From NCBI GenBank assembly GCA_039832905.1, contig JBDOLX010000114.1, forward strand, positions 1 to 39,440: a DNA stretch of 39,440 nucleotides, given 5' to 3'. A program made the position numbers and the translations under genes. Source of the stretch: Desulfurobacteriaceae bacterium (GTDB taxonomy: Bacteria; Aquificota; Aquificia; Desulfurobacteriales; Desulfurobacteriaceae). Below are positions 19,359-28,864 of this stretch, piece by piece; position 1 is the first letter of the stretch, and every line of letters begins with the position of its first letter. A model generated the notes under the pieces. That model made no database searches and was not told the DNA's origin. It saw only the letters and a program-made list of their open reading frames with translations.

Positions 19359-21704
19359 CTAAAATCTACAAGCGAAAAACATAAGTATCTTGTAATATCT
19401 TATATCTACAAGAAGTTTGAACGCCTCTACTATATATAAATAGTCCTCTCTTACTCCCCTTTGCTCCAATATTTGTTCTAACTCCTTGAAGCTTCTAAAC
19501 TCATCTCTCAACTTTAACTCATTTTTCAACTTGTTCTTTAACCCTATTATCTTTTTTGCAAAATCTTTAGTACCTTTAATATCTGGATAATTTTCTCCTG
19601 TTTTTTTCTCGTATGTTTCCGCCTTATCAAATATAGAACGGTTACCTTCACTTATATTTAGTTTAGACTCTACTAAAAAGATGTTTCCTATATTATTTAC
19701 CCATTTTTCATAGTCCCAGTCTCTTTCTTTTTCTTCTTCTAAGGAGTAGGGAAGATCATTTTTATAAAAGTCCCTCTCTATTCTTTTAAATGCTTCTTTT
19801 AGTAAGTCTTTTTCTTGCGAATTAACGGAAAACAAGTGTTCTCTCTGTAGACCTCTTGGTCTTTTAGATAAGGGCTTTAGTATGTTTTTCTCAAATGATG
19901 ACTTATCATAGTCAAAATTAATTCTTTCAAATTCAGCTAAAACGTAAAAGTAATCCTCTCTAAAGTCATAAATGGGATATTTATAGAAATCCTTTCTATA
20001 ACATTTGTTAGATTGAGAACTGATAAATCTATACTTTCCTTCCTTTAGATGATTGGAAAAGTTAAAGAGTCCTCCCCAAGGACGTTTACCAAGTTTCCAA
20101 ACAAACATTTCTGAAAACTCTAAAATATTGAGTATATAAGCTCTTTCTGTTAAAAACTCTTTCAAACACGAAGATTCATGTTTGAGATACTCTTCAAGGA
20201 ATTCGGCAGAATCTTTAAATTTTTTCTTCAAGTAATCAATTCTCTTTTCTAATCTCTCCTTGAAGGATACAAGTCCTAACTTTTTCTTCCTTTCTTCTAA
20301 GAGAAACTTCTGTTCCTCTTCAACATCAAAAGTTTTGTTAAACTTAAGTTCCGAGTTAAGATTCAAAGCTATGTAATGTGTAAATCTTGAAGCCCCATAA
20401 ATGCCCAAGAATTCTCTAACGGAATAAGAAAGTTCATTACTCAGAATATCAATGCCTGATTTCTCTACATTGGTAATACTTTCTTTTAATGTTGAGTAAT
20501 ACTGCTTAATTTCCTTTAAACTTTCATACAAAACACTAAATAGTTTCTTAGCTTCACTTTTTAGATCGTAATTTATAAGATCCCTAAAGGCTTTATTTAT
20601 TGCTTGATATATAGTATCTTCCCCTGATTCATACCATATATCTATTGAGTACTTAATACTTCCATCCAGAGAAGAACTTTCCTTCTCTTTCTTAATTACA
20701 TCTATCACATATCTATAGAAACTTTTTCCACTTACTGCATTAGATCTATATAAAAGGAGATTTAAGAGATGCATTGTAGTGGCTTCTGCTTCTTTTGCAC
20801 TTTTGAAAACCATGAATCTTTCTGAAGTTAAGGACTCTAAAAGTTCGTAGATGTCTGCAAAAAGTTCATTAATATCGTTGTTTTTTTCATTTCTTACTTC
20901 TTCCCCAAATAATAAGTTAGCATAATAAATCATTAAGCTTTTAAGTTTTTCTAAGGCAGTTAATCTTTTACCTCTATCCGTCTGAGAAACAAAGATGTTT
21001 ATAAGTTCAGAAAATGCTGTTTCCTCTTCTTTTTTCGTTAGTTCTCTTACATTAATAACTGTTTTGATAACTTTTAGATTCTCAAGGGATTCATACAATC
21101 TACTACTACTATGGTTTGCAAGATTTTCAATAAAATAACAAAAAGCTCTCCTCATTAATTCTTGACTGTAAGTTTTAGGACATAGCTTTTCAATGTTTTT
21201 AGCATTAGCAAGTTCTTTCAAGAAATCATAGTCTATCGGAGATCCAAGAAAAATTCTTGGTTCAGAATCCTCGACGAACAGTTTTTTCTTTATTTCACTT
21301 TCTTTACCCATTCCTTTCAACTTTCGTAGCATAGCAAATAAAAATAACCATAAAGTTGTTAATCTTTGTTGTCCATCTATAATGAGATAAAACTTGGTTC
21401 TTTCATTTTCCAAGTTTTTAATCTGCTGGTAAACTTTTTTATTTACAAAATTCTTTAACTCATCTAAAGCAACCTCTGCCAAGAACACAGTACCAAAGAT
21501 ATAGTTTCTTATATCTCTTTCAGATACATTTTTGATATCAAAGAAAAAATCCTCTATCTGTTTTTTTTCCCAAGCATAAGGTCTTTGATAATGTGGTATG
21601 AGATACAAAACATTACCTTCCAATAATCGAGGAAACTCTGTTAATTCAACATCAAATATTTTCTCATTTTGCTTTTTAGAATCCATACAGTCCAATTTTT
21701 TCAC
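19359..21704 (-). CDS. DUF262 + DUF1524 (GmrSD-family) protein, 781 aa
   Basis: LIPHYQRPYAWEKKQIEDFFFD and YLIIDGQQRLTTLWL (DUF262). C-terminus LQREHLFSVN...NIGNIFLVESKLNISEGNRSIFDK (DUF1524-like). Start codon uncertain (GTG 21704, TTG or ATG a few codons in). Confidence 0.8.
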   Translation of the reverse strand: MKKLDCMDSKKQNEKIFDVELTEFPRLLEGNVLYLIPHYQRPYAWEKKQIEDFFFDIKNVSERDIRNYIFGTVFLAEVALDELKNFVNKKVYQQIKNLENERTKFYLIIDGQQRLTTLWLFLFAMLRKLKGMGKESEIKKKLFVEDSEPRIFLGSPIDYDFLKELANAKNIEKLCPKTYSQELMRRAFCYFIENLANHSSSRLYESLENLKVIKTVINVRELTKKEEETAFSELINIFVSQTDRGKRLTALEKLKSLMIYYANLLFGEEVRNEKNNDINELFADIYELLESLTSERFMVFKSAKEAEATTMHLLNLLLYRSNAVSGKSFYRYVIDVIKKEKESSSLDGSIKYSIDIWYESGEDTIYQAINKAFRDLINYDLKSEAKKLFSVLYESLKEIKQYYSTLKESITNVEKSGIDILSNELSYSVREFLGIYGASRFTHYIALNLNSELKFNKTFDVEEEQKFLLEERKKKLGLVSFKERLEKRIDYLKKKFKDSAEFLEEYLKHESSCLKEFLTERAYILNILEFSEMFVWKLGKRPWGGLFNFSNHLKEGKYRFISSQSNKCYRKDFYKYPIYDFREDYFYVLAEFERINFDYDKSSFEKNILKPLSKRPRGLQREHLFSVNSQEKDLLKEAFKRIERDFYKNDLPYSLEEEKERDWDYEKWVNNIGNIFLVESKLNISEGNRSIFDKAETYEKKTGENYPDIKGTKDFAKKIIGLKNKLKNELKLRDEFRSFKELEQILEQRGVREDYLYIVEAFKLLVDIRYYKILMFFACRF

Positions 21705-21723
21705 CTCCCCTTTTCACTTCATT

Positions 21724-22695
21724 CTACCAAACCGCTTTACTTATCCCTGTTGCTATAACGGTTATCTCTACAGAGTCTTCTATTTCTTCCTCTATGTTAA
21801 CTGCAAAGAAAAAATTTGTGTTGTCTCTCTTTGTCCTTTCTTCTACTAGTCTTACTGCCTCATAAACTTCGTCAAGTGTCAGATCCATTCCACCTTTTAT
21901 GCTTATCAACACGTAGCTTGCCTTCTCAAGTTGAACATCTTTTAGAAAAGGACTATTTATTGCTTTTCTTGCAGCCACTATGCCTTTGTCTTTCCCAGTT
22001 GCTTTACCGCTACCAATAAAAGCATAACCACCATTACGTATCACGGTTCTTACATCAGAAAAATCGATGCTAATAAGTCCAACTTTCGTTATGGGTTCAA
22101 CTATTCTTTTTATTGCTTGGTAAAAAACATCATCAATCAATAACCTAAAAGCGTCCAATACACTCATATCATTAGAAGCAACATCAAGAAGTTTTTGATT
22201 AGGAACAACGATTAAGGTATCCACAAACTCTTTAAGTTTTCTTATTCCAATCTTTGCGCGTTCGTGTCTTTTCTTTCCCTCAAAATTGAAAGGATAAGTA
22301 ACGATACCAACAGTTAAAATTCCCATATCTTTTGCGACTTTGGCTATTAAAGGTGCTACTCTTGTTCCTGTTTCCCCTCCCATACCGGTGATAATAAACA
22401 CTAAATTATAACCCTCAATAGCTTTTCTAAGCTTAGATTCTTCCTTTAAGAGTGACCGTTCTTTTACTGCCTGTTTTTCCTCAGCCTCAAGAAATTCGAT
22501 AAAACCTTCTTCTATCTGAATCTTAATTGGTCCTTGAATTCTCAAAAGTGTCTGAACGTCTGTATCTATAGCTATAAACTCAATTCCTTTAATTCCTTTA
22601 GCAAAAATCATTTCAACGGTATTACAACCACATTCTCCTATTCCAATAACTTTAATAGTTGGTTTCTGTGATGTTTTATCTACTATGCCAGACAT
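21724..22695 (-). CDS. FtsZ paralog (tubulin/FtsZ GTPase fold) with degenerate T1 and T3 loops, no C-terminal tail
   Basis: Long collinear similarity to canonical FtsZ: GMGGETGTRVAPLIAKVAKDMGILTVGIVTYPFNFEGKKR, then VPNQKLL...SVLDAF, then T7-loop SIDFSDVRTV, then GYAFIGSG, then SPFL. The glycine box is GIGECGCN instead of GGGGGN, and the T3 GLGAGxxPxxG segment is replaced by a charged stretch EEGFIEFLEAEEKQAVKERSLLKEESKL. ATG at 22695 preceded by AGGG; the track starts at TTG 22740. Confidence 0.8.
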   Translation of the reverse strand: MSGIVDKTSQKPTIKVIGIGECGCNTVEMIFAKGIKGIEFIAIDTDVQTLLRIQGPIKIQIEEGFIEFLEAEEKQAVKERSLLKEESKLRKAIEGYNLVFIITGMGGETGTRVAPLIAKVAKDMGILTVGIVTYPFNFEGKKRHERAKIGIRKLKEFVDTLIVVPNQKLLDVASNDMSVLDAFRLLIDDVFYQAIKRIVEPITKVGLISIDFSDVRTVIRNGGYAFIGSGKATGKDKGIVAARKAINSPFLKDVQLEKASYVLISIKGGMDLTLDEVYEAVRLVEERTKRDNTNFFFAVNIEEEIEDSVEITVIATGISKAVW

Positions 22696-23024
22696 CTCAA
22701 CTACCCTATAATCCAATATATTAAAGCTTACAACAAGCAATAATAAGAATAAATTTGGACAGAAAGTGACCTATAAAAAGGTTTTCTTCTTTAAAAGCAA
22801 GTCTTAAAGAAAAACATCAAATCTGTTCCAAATTGCTTTGAAAATATCTATGGAAAACTTGAAAACAAAGTTTAATGTGTTAAACTAAAATACACTAAAT
22901 TAGTTTAATGGATTACTAATAGATATAGCTAAAAGACTTAAGGTTCCTGAATGAATTCTTCTACCTTCTTAAAGTCTATCTAAACCTCTATGCTGTATAT
23001 GTTTTATGCGAATGAAACTCCCCG

Positions 23025-23372
23025 TCAAAAATCATCAGCACCAATAAAGAAGCAGATGGCTTTTTCTAACTTTCTCATTTCTTCCCTCGTCAGAGAAGCT
23101 ATCCTATCAGGAATGACTCTTGATAAGTCAATTGCCCTTATCTGGTCTATCATGACTGCCGAATCCTTTTCTAAACGTTCCCTTGCCTTTATGAAAAGCC
23201 TCATGGGGTACTTGCCTTTGAGATTAGAGGTTATCGGCGCTACAAGAACTGTAGGATAGCTACTAAGAATTTCTTGCCTTTGGATGACTACCACAGGTCT
23301 CGTTTTGCCAGGTTCTGCTCCCTTCGTTGGACTGAGTTTTGCTAAGTATATCCCGCCTCTAATCAAGTCCAT
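23025..23372 (-). CDS. mazF: MazF/PemK-family toxin (endoribonuclease)
   Basis: RGGIYLAKLSPTKGAEPGKTRPVVVIQ matches the MazF/PemK N-terminal signature. 14-nt overlap with the upstream antitoxin. Confidence 0.8.
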   Translation of the reverse strand: MDLIRGGIYLAKLSPTKGAEPGKTRPVVVIQRQEILSSYPTVLVAPITSNLKGKYPMRLFIKARERLEKDSAVMIDQIRAIDLSRVIPDRIASLTREEMRKLEKAICFFIGADDF

Positions 23373-23601
23373 CTGTCACCGTCCCTTCTAAATCTCTAAT
23401 ATCTTTTAGGTTTTCCGGGTCCTCTGCAAGTTCCCTTGCAGATTCAATTAAATCCTTTAACATCTCCTGTTTTTCAAGTTCCCTTTTGTACAGAAGAAGA
23501 GCTTTTTTAACTATCAGGCTTTTAGGACTTTTTGTTTTCTTAGATAGGTTCTCTAACAATTCAAAGAATTGATCATCTAACCTAATCGTATAAGTCTTCA
23601 A
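23359..23601 (-). CDS. RHH antitoxin of the MazF/PemK-family toxin
   Basis: RHH pattern TIRLDDQFFELLENLSKKTKSPKSLIVKKAL. C-terminal DIRDLEGTVTDGL motif shared with the antitoxin-like ORFs at 26052 and 27514. Confidence 0.7.
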   Translation of the reverse strand: MKTYTIRLDDQFFELLENLSKKTKSPKSLIVKKALLLYKRELEKQEMLKDLIESARELAEDPENLKDIRDLEGTVTDGLD

Positions 23602-24078
23602 TGCATCCTCCAGATAGCTTTAATAATTATTCTATTATTTCAATAGCGGATTAACAAGTTAATTAACAAATCTGTTTTTGACGGGAATTTTTACAGTCCA
23701 GTAGAAGAAAGCCTTTAAGTGTTGTATCACAAGAAGTTTAAAAGCCCATAGAATGGAAACCAATAACAGACAAATTTCTGCAGTTAGAAAAAGATAAATA
23801 GGACTTTCAGCACTTCCTATGTCCATATTTTGGAACAGATATCAAGAAAGAGTTACTATTTTTCATGAACTTTTTGTACAAATTTATTATTTGGAATGAT
23901 TCATCTTTGAAATAGGCGGAAGAAACAAAACATTCCGTCAAATAAAAGATATAGAAAACTCTTACCTTGCAATTGACGGAATAGAAGTTGGATCTGGAAA
24001 CAAAATTTTCCTTTGGCTATTTGGTTTTGTTTATTAGACTCCTAACTCTCTTCGCTTTGAATGGAAAAAACGGTTAAT

Positions 24079-24501
24079 TTATTCACCTTTCACTTTTAAT
24101 ACTTGCAGAAACTCCTCAGGAGAAAATACAGGAATTTTTAAAGTAGGAAAATCCTCCAGATTTCTTGTGACAATACAGGAACATTTAGAATGAAGTGCTG
24201 AAGCGTATATAACAGCATCTTCGAAATCTTTGAAATTTAATTTTCCGGCTGTTTCTATGACAGATCTATTTACAGAAGCAACTTCAACAAGATTAAGAAG
24301 AAGGTCTAGACATTCATTAGCTTTCTCTCTATTAAGAGCCTTACTTACAAGGTAGTAGATAGTAGTTATAGTAGTTGCACATATAACTCCCGTAATTTCT
24401 CCTTTTTCAACTTTGGAAAGTAAATTTGAAGCTGGCTTAGAAAAGGGTTTCCGATCAAGAAGAACATCTAAAATAACATTTGTGTCAAACAAAACTCTCA
24501 T
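24079..24501 (-). CDS. vapC: PIN-domain toxin (VapC-like)
   Basis: MRVLFDTNVILD...; acidic residues at PIN positions. 4-nt overlap with the upstream RHH gene. Confidence 0.8.
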   Translation of the reverse strand: MRVLFDTNVILDVLLDRKPFSKPASNLLSKVEKGEITGVICATTITTIYYLVSKALNREKANECLDLLLNLVEVASVNRSVIETAGKLNFKDFEDAVIYASALHSKCSCIVTRNLEDFPTLKIPVFSPEEFLQVLKVKGE

Positions 24502-24740
24502 AAGTACTTTCCTTCGAGATGTTCCTTATAATCGGCCTCATCAATGTTTGTATTTCTTAACAATCCTTTAAGTTTCTTAACTGTAGGAGTTAACTCCTCT
24601 TTGTCATTTTTGTCATCTAGGAGAACACTAAAAAATTTCTCAACTATTTGAGAAATAGATTCTCCTCTTTTCCTGGAATATTCTTTAGCCTCTTCTATAA
24701 CAGTCTTATCTAACCTTAAGGTTAGTTTTGTTTTCAACAT
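24498..24740 (-). CDS. vapB: RHH-type antitoxin (VapB-like)
   Basis: KLTLRLDKTVIEEAKEYSRKRGESISQIVEKFF shows the ribbon-helix-helix pattern. Located upstream of and overlapping vapC. Confidence 0.7.
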   Translation of the reverse strand: MLKTKLTLRLDKTVIEEAKEYSRKRGESISQIVEKFFSVLLDDKNDKEELTPTVKKLKGLLRNTNIDEADYKEHLEGKYL

Positions 24741-25126
24741 CTCCTCCTGCCGTACTGTTTTATTAGAAAATATACGTCATTTTTTAAAAAGCAAGTTTTT
24801 ACTTAATAACCGCCCGATTAACTCATAACTTACTATCTTTATAAATATCTCGTTAAAAAGTAGATTATTAACTAATAAAGTTAAACGAATAGCATTTTTT
24901 AGAAATTCAAATTACCAAACCTCCTAAGGAAGGTAACCTTGACAAGTTATAGAAATAAAAGTTATAATTATTTAATTCAAAAAGAAGGGAGGAAGTTCTT
25001 ACAAATTCCTGAACAATTGCTGTTACACCAAATAAGCAGAAAAAGAGCGAGAACACGACAGAGCGGTTATCAGTTAAAGTCTGTTTAGTAGAAGAACTAT
25101 CATAGACAGCAGCATTGGAGGGAGGT

Positions 25127-25936
25127 ATGAGGGAGAATTCATATCAGGACAAATATGAATGGAATGCAGAGGACTATGCAAGGCATTCTGCCTCTCAGAA
25201 AAAATGGGCAAAAGAATTGATTGATAAAATGAATTTAAAAGGACATGAATGGGTACTTGATATTGGTTGTGGTGATGGAAAAGTAACAGCTGAAATCGCC
25301 AGACACGTTCCTAAAGGCCGTGTAGTTGGAATTGATATTTCAGAAGAAATGATAGCCTTTGCTTCTCAAAAGTTTCCAACTTCGCAATACCCCAATCTAA
25401 TTTTTATACGAATGGATGCCTCAGCATTATCCTTCCGGGAAAAATTTGATATTGTTTTTTCAAATGCAGTTCTTCACTGGATTACTAATCATAAGCCTGT
25501 ACTAAAAGGAATATACCAAGCTTTAAAGCCAAATGGGAAATGTATTGTCCAAATGGGAGGCAAAGGGAATGCTGCAAGTGTTATTGAAACCTTAGATGAA
25601 ATTATAAACGAAAGGCCTTGGAAAGAATACTTTCATGATTTCTCCTTTCCTTATGGCTTCTATTCTCCCGAGGAATATAAACCATGGCTTGAAGAAGCAG
25701 GATTCAAGATTCAATACCTTGAACTGAAGCCAAAAATTATGGTTCACGAAGATATTGAAGAGTTCAAAGGGTGGATACGAACTACTTGGTTGCCGTATCT
25801 CTGCCGAATACCTAAAAAGTTAAGGAATCGCTTCATTGAAACAGTCGCCCAAAGATATGTTGAAAAATACCCACCAAGTAATGATGGAAAAATCAAAACA
25901 CTAATGCAGCGATTGGAATTCATAGTAACTAAATGA
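25127..25936 (+). CDS. Class I SAM-dependent methyltransferase, trans-aconitate methyltransferase (Tam)-like
   Basis: Motif I LDIGCGDGKVT, FSNAVLHW, IVQMGG; collinear with Tam. ATG 25127 follows a GGAGGGAGG RBS; the track ORF starts at 25115 inside the RBS. Confidence 0.7.
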   Translation: MRENSYQDKYEWNAEDYARHSASQKKWAKELIDKMNLKGHEWVLDIGCGDGKVTAEIARHVPKGRVVGIDISEEMIAFASQKFPTSQYPNLIFIRMDASALSFREKFDIVFSNAVLHWITNHKPVLKGIYQALKPNGKCIVQMGGKGNAASVIETLDEIINERPWKEYFHDFSFPYGFYSPEEYKPWLEEAGFKIQYLELKPKIMVHEDIEEFKGWIRTTWLPYLCRIPKKLRNRFIETVAQRYVEKYPPSNDGKIKTLMQRLEFIVTK

Positions 25937-26051
25937 TTACTTAGTTCTTTTCATAGATTGCATCTTCTATAAAGTAAAATCTACATAGTAATCAAATAAA
26001 CCGAGAAGAAGAAGGTTCAATTATTTTCATCCTACTAACTAAAGGAAAAAA

Positions 26052-26444
26052 ATGTTCACTTATGCATATATAAGAGTTTCTACAGATAAAGAGGAGATAG
26101 AAAATCAACGACTTGAGATTCTTAGATATGCTAACGAGAAAAAGTTCTGTCATCAAAAAGTTGACTTTTCCTGTCAAAAAATTAGATTCTCTTTAAGAAG
26201 GATAAAAGAAGATCAAAAAGCTATAAAAGATATAAAAGAGTTAAAAGGAACTGTAAGTGATAGATTTTCAGTTAAGTTTGATTTCATAAAAGGAATAGAA
26301 CCTGGAAAGATCAAGTCAAAAGAACAATTAGAGAAACTGTCAGAAAGAGACTGTGTGAAAATCCAGAGGAACAAAAAGAGAACTCATAGATTGAAGAAGC
26401 AAACAACTAAAAGCTATGAAGGAAAAAGGAACATGAGAGTGTGA
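26052..26444 (+). pseudogene. Chimeric ORF: serine-resolvase N-terminus (first ~33 codons) fused to a C-terminal fragment of a MazE-like antitoxin and the start of a MazF remnant
   Basis: MFTYAYIRVSTDKEEIENQRLEILRYANEKKFCHQK aligns with the resolvase start. IKEDQKAIKDIKELKGTVSDRFSVKFDFIKG parallels 27514-27732. DNA is ~95% identical to 27365-27480 and carries a deletion relative to the 27361-27939 locus. Confidence 0.7.
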
Positions 26445-26521
26445 AGTAAGGATCTTCTATTAAGGTTTTATTGTATTCTCTACAAGCCCCTTCTTTTACA
26501 ACTATCATAAATTCTCTGAGA

Positions 26522-26956
26522 TTATTTTATACCGAGATCCTCACAAACCTCTTTCGCTGTAAAAATTTTAATGTCTGGAGAAAAGAATCTTTTATCGTTA
26601 GTGAGTATCAAATCACATTTCTCTTTCTTTGCAAGAACATACTGAATGGTATCTTCAAGATCTTTAAAATTGCTATTGCTTTTCATTAAACTAACAGCTT
26701 CAATTACTTCTTTATTTGAAAAGGGAATTAAGGTAAAGACAGACATTGAGTCTTCTATATAGTTGAGAGCTTTTTCTTTGTTAACTTTAGAAAGAACATA
26801 ATAAATTGTAGTTATCAAATCACAACTTGTAAACAGTTCAACTCCCAACTTTAGAAGTTTCTCTATTGCCGAAATAGAGTAATGAGAGTTAGTTCTATCT
26901 TCGAAAAGATCTATGATTACATTGGCATCTACAAAAACTTTTTCAATTATCATCAA
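26522..26956 (-). CDS. vapC: PIN-domain toxin (VapC-like)
   Basis: VFVDANVIIDLF...; 144 aa. Overlaps the upstream RHH gene by 14 nt. Confidence 0.8.
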   Translation of the reverse strand: MMIIEKVFVDANVIIDLFEDRTNSHYSISAIEKLLKLGVELFTSCDLITTIYYVLSKVNKEKALNYIEDSMSVFTLIPFSNKEVIEAVSLMKSNSNFKDLEDTIQYVLAKKEKCDLILTNDKRFFSPDIKIFTAKEVCEDLGIK

Positions 26957-27215
26957 AGTCTTCTCCCATTTCTGCCTTTAATTCTTGAAAAGTTTTATTT
27001 TTTGCAACTCCTTTAAAGTATTTTCTATATTTTTTAAGTCGTTCAAAAGCTTCTATCCTTTTTTCCTTTTCAATCTCCTTTACCTCTTTCTCTATCAGTT
27101 CTTCAATAAGAGAACTTTGAGTTTTATTGTAAATCTTTGCCAACATCTCAAGGTCTTTTACCACTTTTTGAGACAATGTAATCGTTTTTCTTACTTTCTT
27201 TTCTGCAACACTCAT
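26943..27215 (-). CDS. vapB: RHH-type antitoxin (VapB-like)
   Basis: KTITLSQKVVKDLEMLAKIYNKTQSSLIEELI shows the RHH pattern. Upstream partner of the PIN gene. Confidence 0.7.
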   Translation of the reverse strand: MSVAEKKVRKTITLSQKVVKDLEMLAKIYNKTQSSLIEELIEKEVKEIEKEKRIEAFERLKKYRKYFKGVAKNKTFQELKAEMGEDFDDN

Positions 27216-27369
27216 CGTATCCCTCAGTAAGCTTTATTTATGCATATCTACCTATGTGTATAGAATTTACATCAACTTTGTCAAGTTTTCTACTGCAAAT
27301 CCACACTCCCAAAATATTGAGATGAAGTTTTACTATTTATCTTTCTTCAAAAATCTCATAATGAAAAAA

Positions 27370-27490
27370 GAGTTTCTACAGATAAAGAGGAGATAGAAAA
27401 CCAACGATTTGAGATTCTTAGATATGCTAACGAGAAAAAGTTCTGTCACCAAAAATTGACTTATCCTGCCAAAAAATTAGATTCTCCTTA
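27370..27490 (+). pseudogene. 5'-truncated fragment of a serine-resolvase gene start (RVSTDKEEIENQRFEILRYANEKKFCHQK...)
   Basis: About 95% DNA identity to 26073-26190. No start codon. Ends 24 nt before the antitoxin-like ORF at 27514. Confidence 0.7.
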
Positions 27491-27513
27491 AGAAAGTAAC
27501 TAAGAGGTTAAAT

Positions 27514-27732
27514 ATGAAAGTATTTACAACTAAGCCGGACAATGAGTATCAAGAGAAACTACGAAGAAAAGAATTAACAAAAAGAATGGTTAAAGCTGCA
27601 AAAAGGATGAAAGAAGACAAAGAAGCTATAGAAGACATAAAAGAATTAGAAGGAACTGTGGGTGATGGACTTTCAGTTAAGTTTGATCTCATAAAAAGAG
27701 TAGAACATGAAAAGACCAGATCAAAAGAATAG
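27514..27732 (+). CDS. MazE-like antitoxin (72 aa)
   Basis: Shares EAIEDIKELEGTVGDGLSVKFDLIK with the antitoxin at 23359-23601. Followed in-frame by a mazF remnant. Confidence 0.55.
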   Translation: MKVFTTKPDNEYQEKLRRKELTKRMVKAAKRMKEDKEAIEDIKELEGTVGDGLSVKFDLIKRVEHEKTRSKE

Positions 27733-27939
27733 TTAAGGAAACTGTTAGAACAGATAACTCCTGAAAATTTACATGATGAAGTTAATTGGGATAAAAAAGT
27801 GGAAGAGAGGAGTGGTAGATATATTCCTGAAAGAGGAGATGTTCTATGGTTACAGTTTTCACCACAAGCAGGACATGAACAGACAGGAAGAAGTTCTGCT
27901 ATTTATCTTTCTCCGAAAATTCTTATAATGGAAAGATAA
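27733..27939 (+). pseudogene. MazF-toxin remnant (N-terminal ~45 codons only, no start codon)
   Basis: In-frame translation ...RYIPERGDVLWLQFSPQAGHEQTGRRSAIYLSPK matches the E. coli MazF N-terminus (YVPDMGDLIWVDFDPTKGSEQAGHRPAVVLSP), then stops at 27937-27939. Confidence 0.65.
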
Positions 27940-27985
27940 GTTTAGAAAGATACAATTATTTCCACCCTATTGCTAAGGGAGAAAG

Positions 27986-28594
27986 ATGTCTACTTACGCT
28001 TATATAAGAGTTTCTACTGATAAGCAAGAAACAGAAAACCAAAGATTTGAAATTCTTAGATATGCTAATGAGAAGAAGCTAGGAAATGTTGAGATTATAG
28101 AAGAAACTATAAGTGGTAGGAAAAGTTGGAAAGTTAGAAAAATAGGTGCCCTTGTCCCTATGCTTTCAAAAGGGGATGTTCTTATCATTACTGAGCTTTC
28201 AAGACTTGGTAGATCTATGCTAGAGATTATGGAAATCTTATCTATCCTTCTAAGAAAAGGTGTAGAACTCCACGTTGTTAAAAATAGGCAAGTGTTAAAA
28301 GACGACTTGCAAAGCAAAGTCTTTGCAATGGCTTTCTCTATAGCTGCAGAGATAGAAAGAGAGCTAATCAGTCAAAGAACAAAAGAAGCTTTGAGAAGGA
28401 GAAAAGCAGAAGGTAAACCTCTTGGTAGACCTAAAGGTAGCTATTCCTCCAGACTAGACAAATACAAAGACCAAATAGAAGAGTTTAGAAAAAAAGGTGT
28501 ATCAATAGCATCTATTGCCAAGATTCTTGAAGTTCCTTATACAACTCTATATAGCTACCTAAAAAGACGAGAAAACTCAGATTCGAACTTCTAA
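27986..28594 (+). CDS. Serine recombinase (resolvase/invertase family), intact
   Basis: Catalytic YIRVSTDKQ with Ser10. C-terminal HTH SIASIAKILEVPYTTLYSYL. 202 aa. AAGGGAG RBS. Confidence 0.9.
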   Translation: MSTYAYIRVSTDKQETENQRFEILRYANEKKLGNVEIIEETISGRKSWKVRKIGALVPMLSKGDVLIITELSRLGRSMLEIMEILSILLRKGVELHVVKNRQVLKDDLQSKVFAMAFSIAAEIERELISQRTKEALRRRKAEGKPLGRPKGSYSSRLDKYKDQIEEFRKKGVSIASIAKILEVPYTTLYSYLKRRENSDSNF

Positions 28595-28663
28595 ATTTTT
28601 TTAAAAATGACAAAAAATACGCTTAAAGTGCATACCTTTTGAAGGAGGTTAAAAACAACTAAA

Positions 28664-28864
28664 GTGTTTAAAAGTGGAAATTCATGGACATTAAGATTAG
28701 CAAAAGAAGTTTATATAAAGAGAGAAAGAAACCGTATAGTTCTAATACCTAAAGAAAAGAAATGGGATGTTCTCTTCGAAAAACTCGAAGAGGTAAAAGA
28801 AGAAACAAAAAATTTCTTAATCGAAAGAAGTCAACCAGATCCTCAAGAAAAGGAGCTATTTTGA
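28664..28864 (+). CDS. AbrB/MazE-fold (SpoVT-AbrB) antitoxin
   Basis: MFKSGNSWTLRLAKEV swapped-hairpin motif. GTG start. Stop overlaps the ATG of the truncated PIN gene (ATGA). Confidence 0.65.
   Translation: MFKSGNSWTLRLAKEVYIKRERNRIVLIPKEKKWDVLFEKLEEVKEETKNFLIERSQPDPQEKELF

Noticed and set aside
22990-23259. ORF 22990-23259(+), 89 aa
   Set aside because: It is antisense to the well-supported mazF/PemK-family toxin gene.
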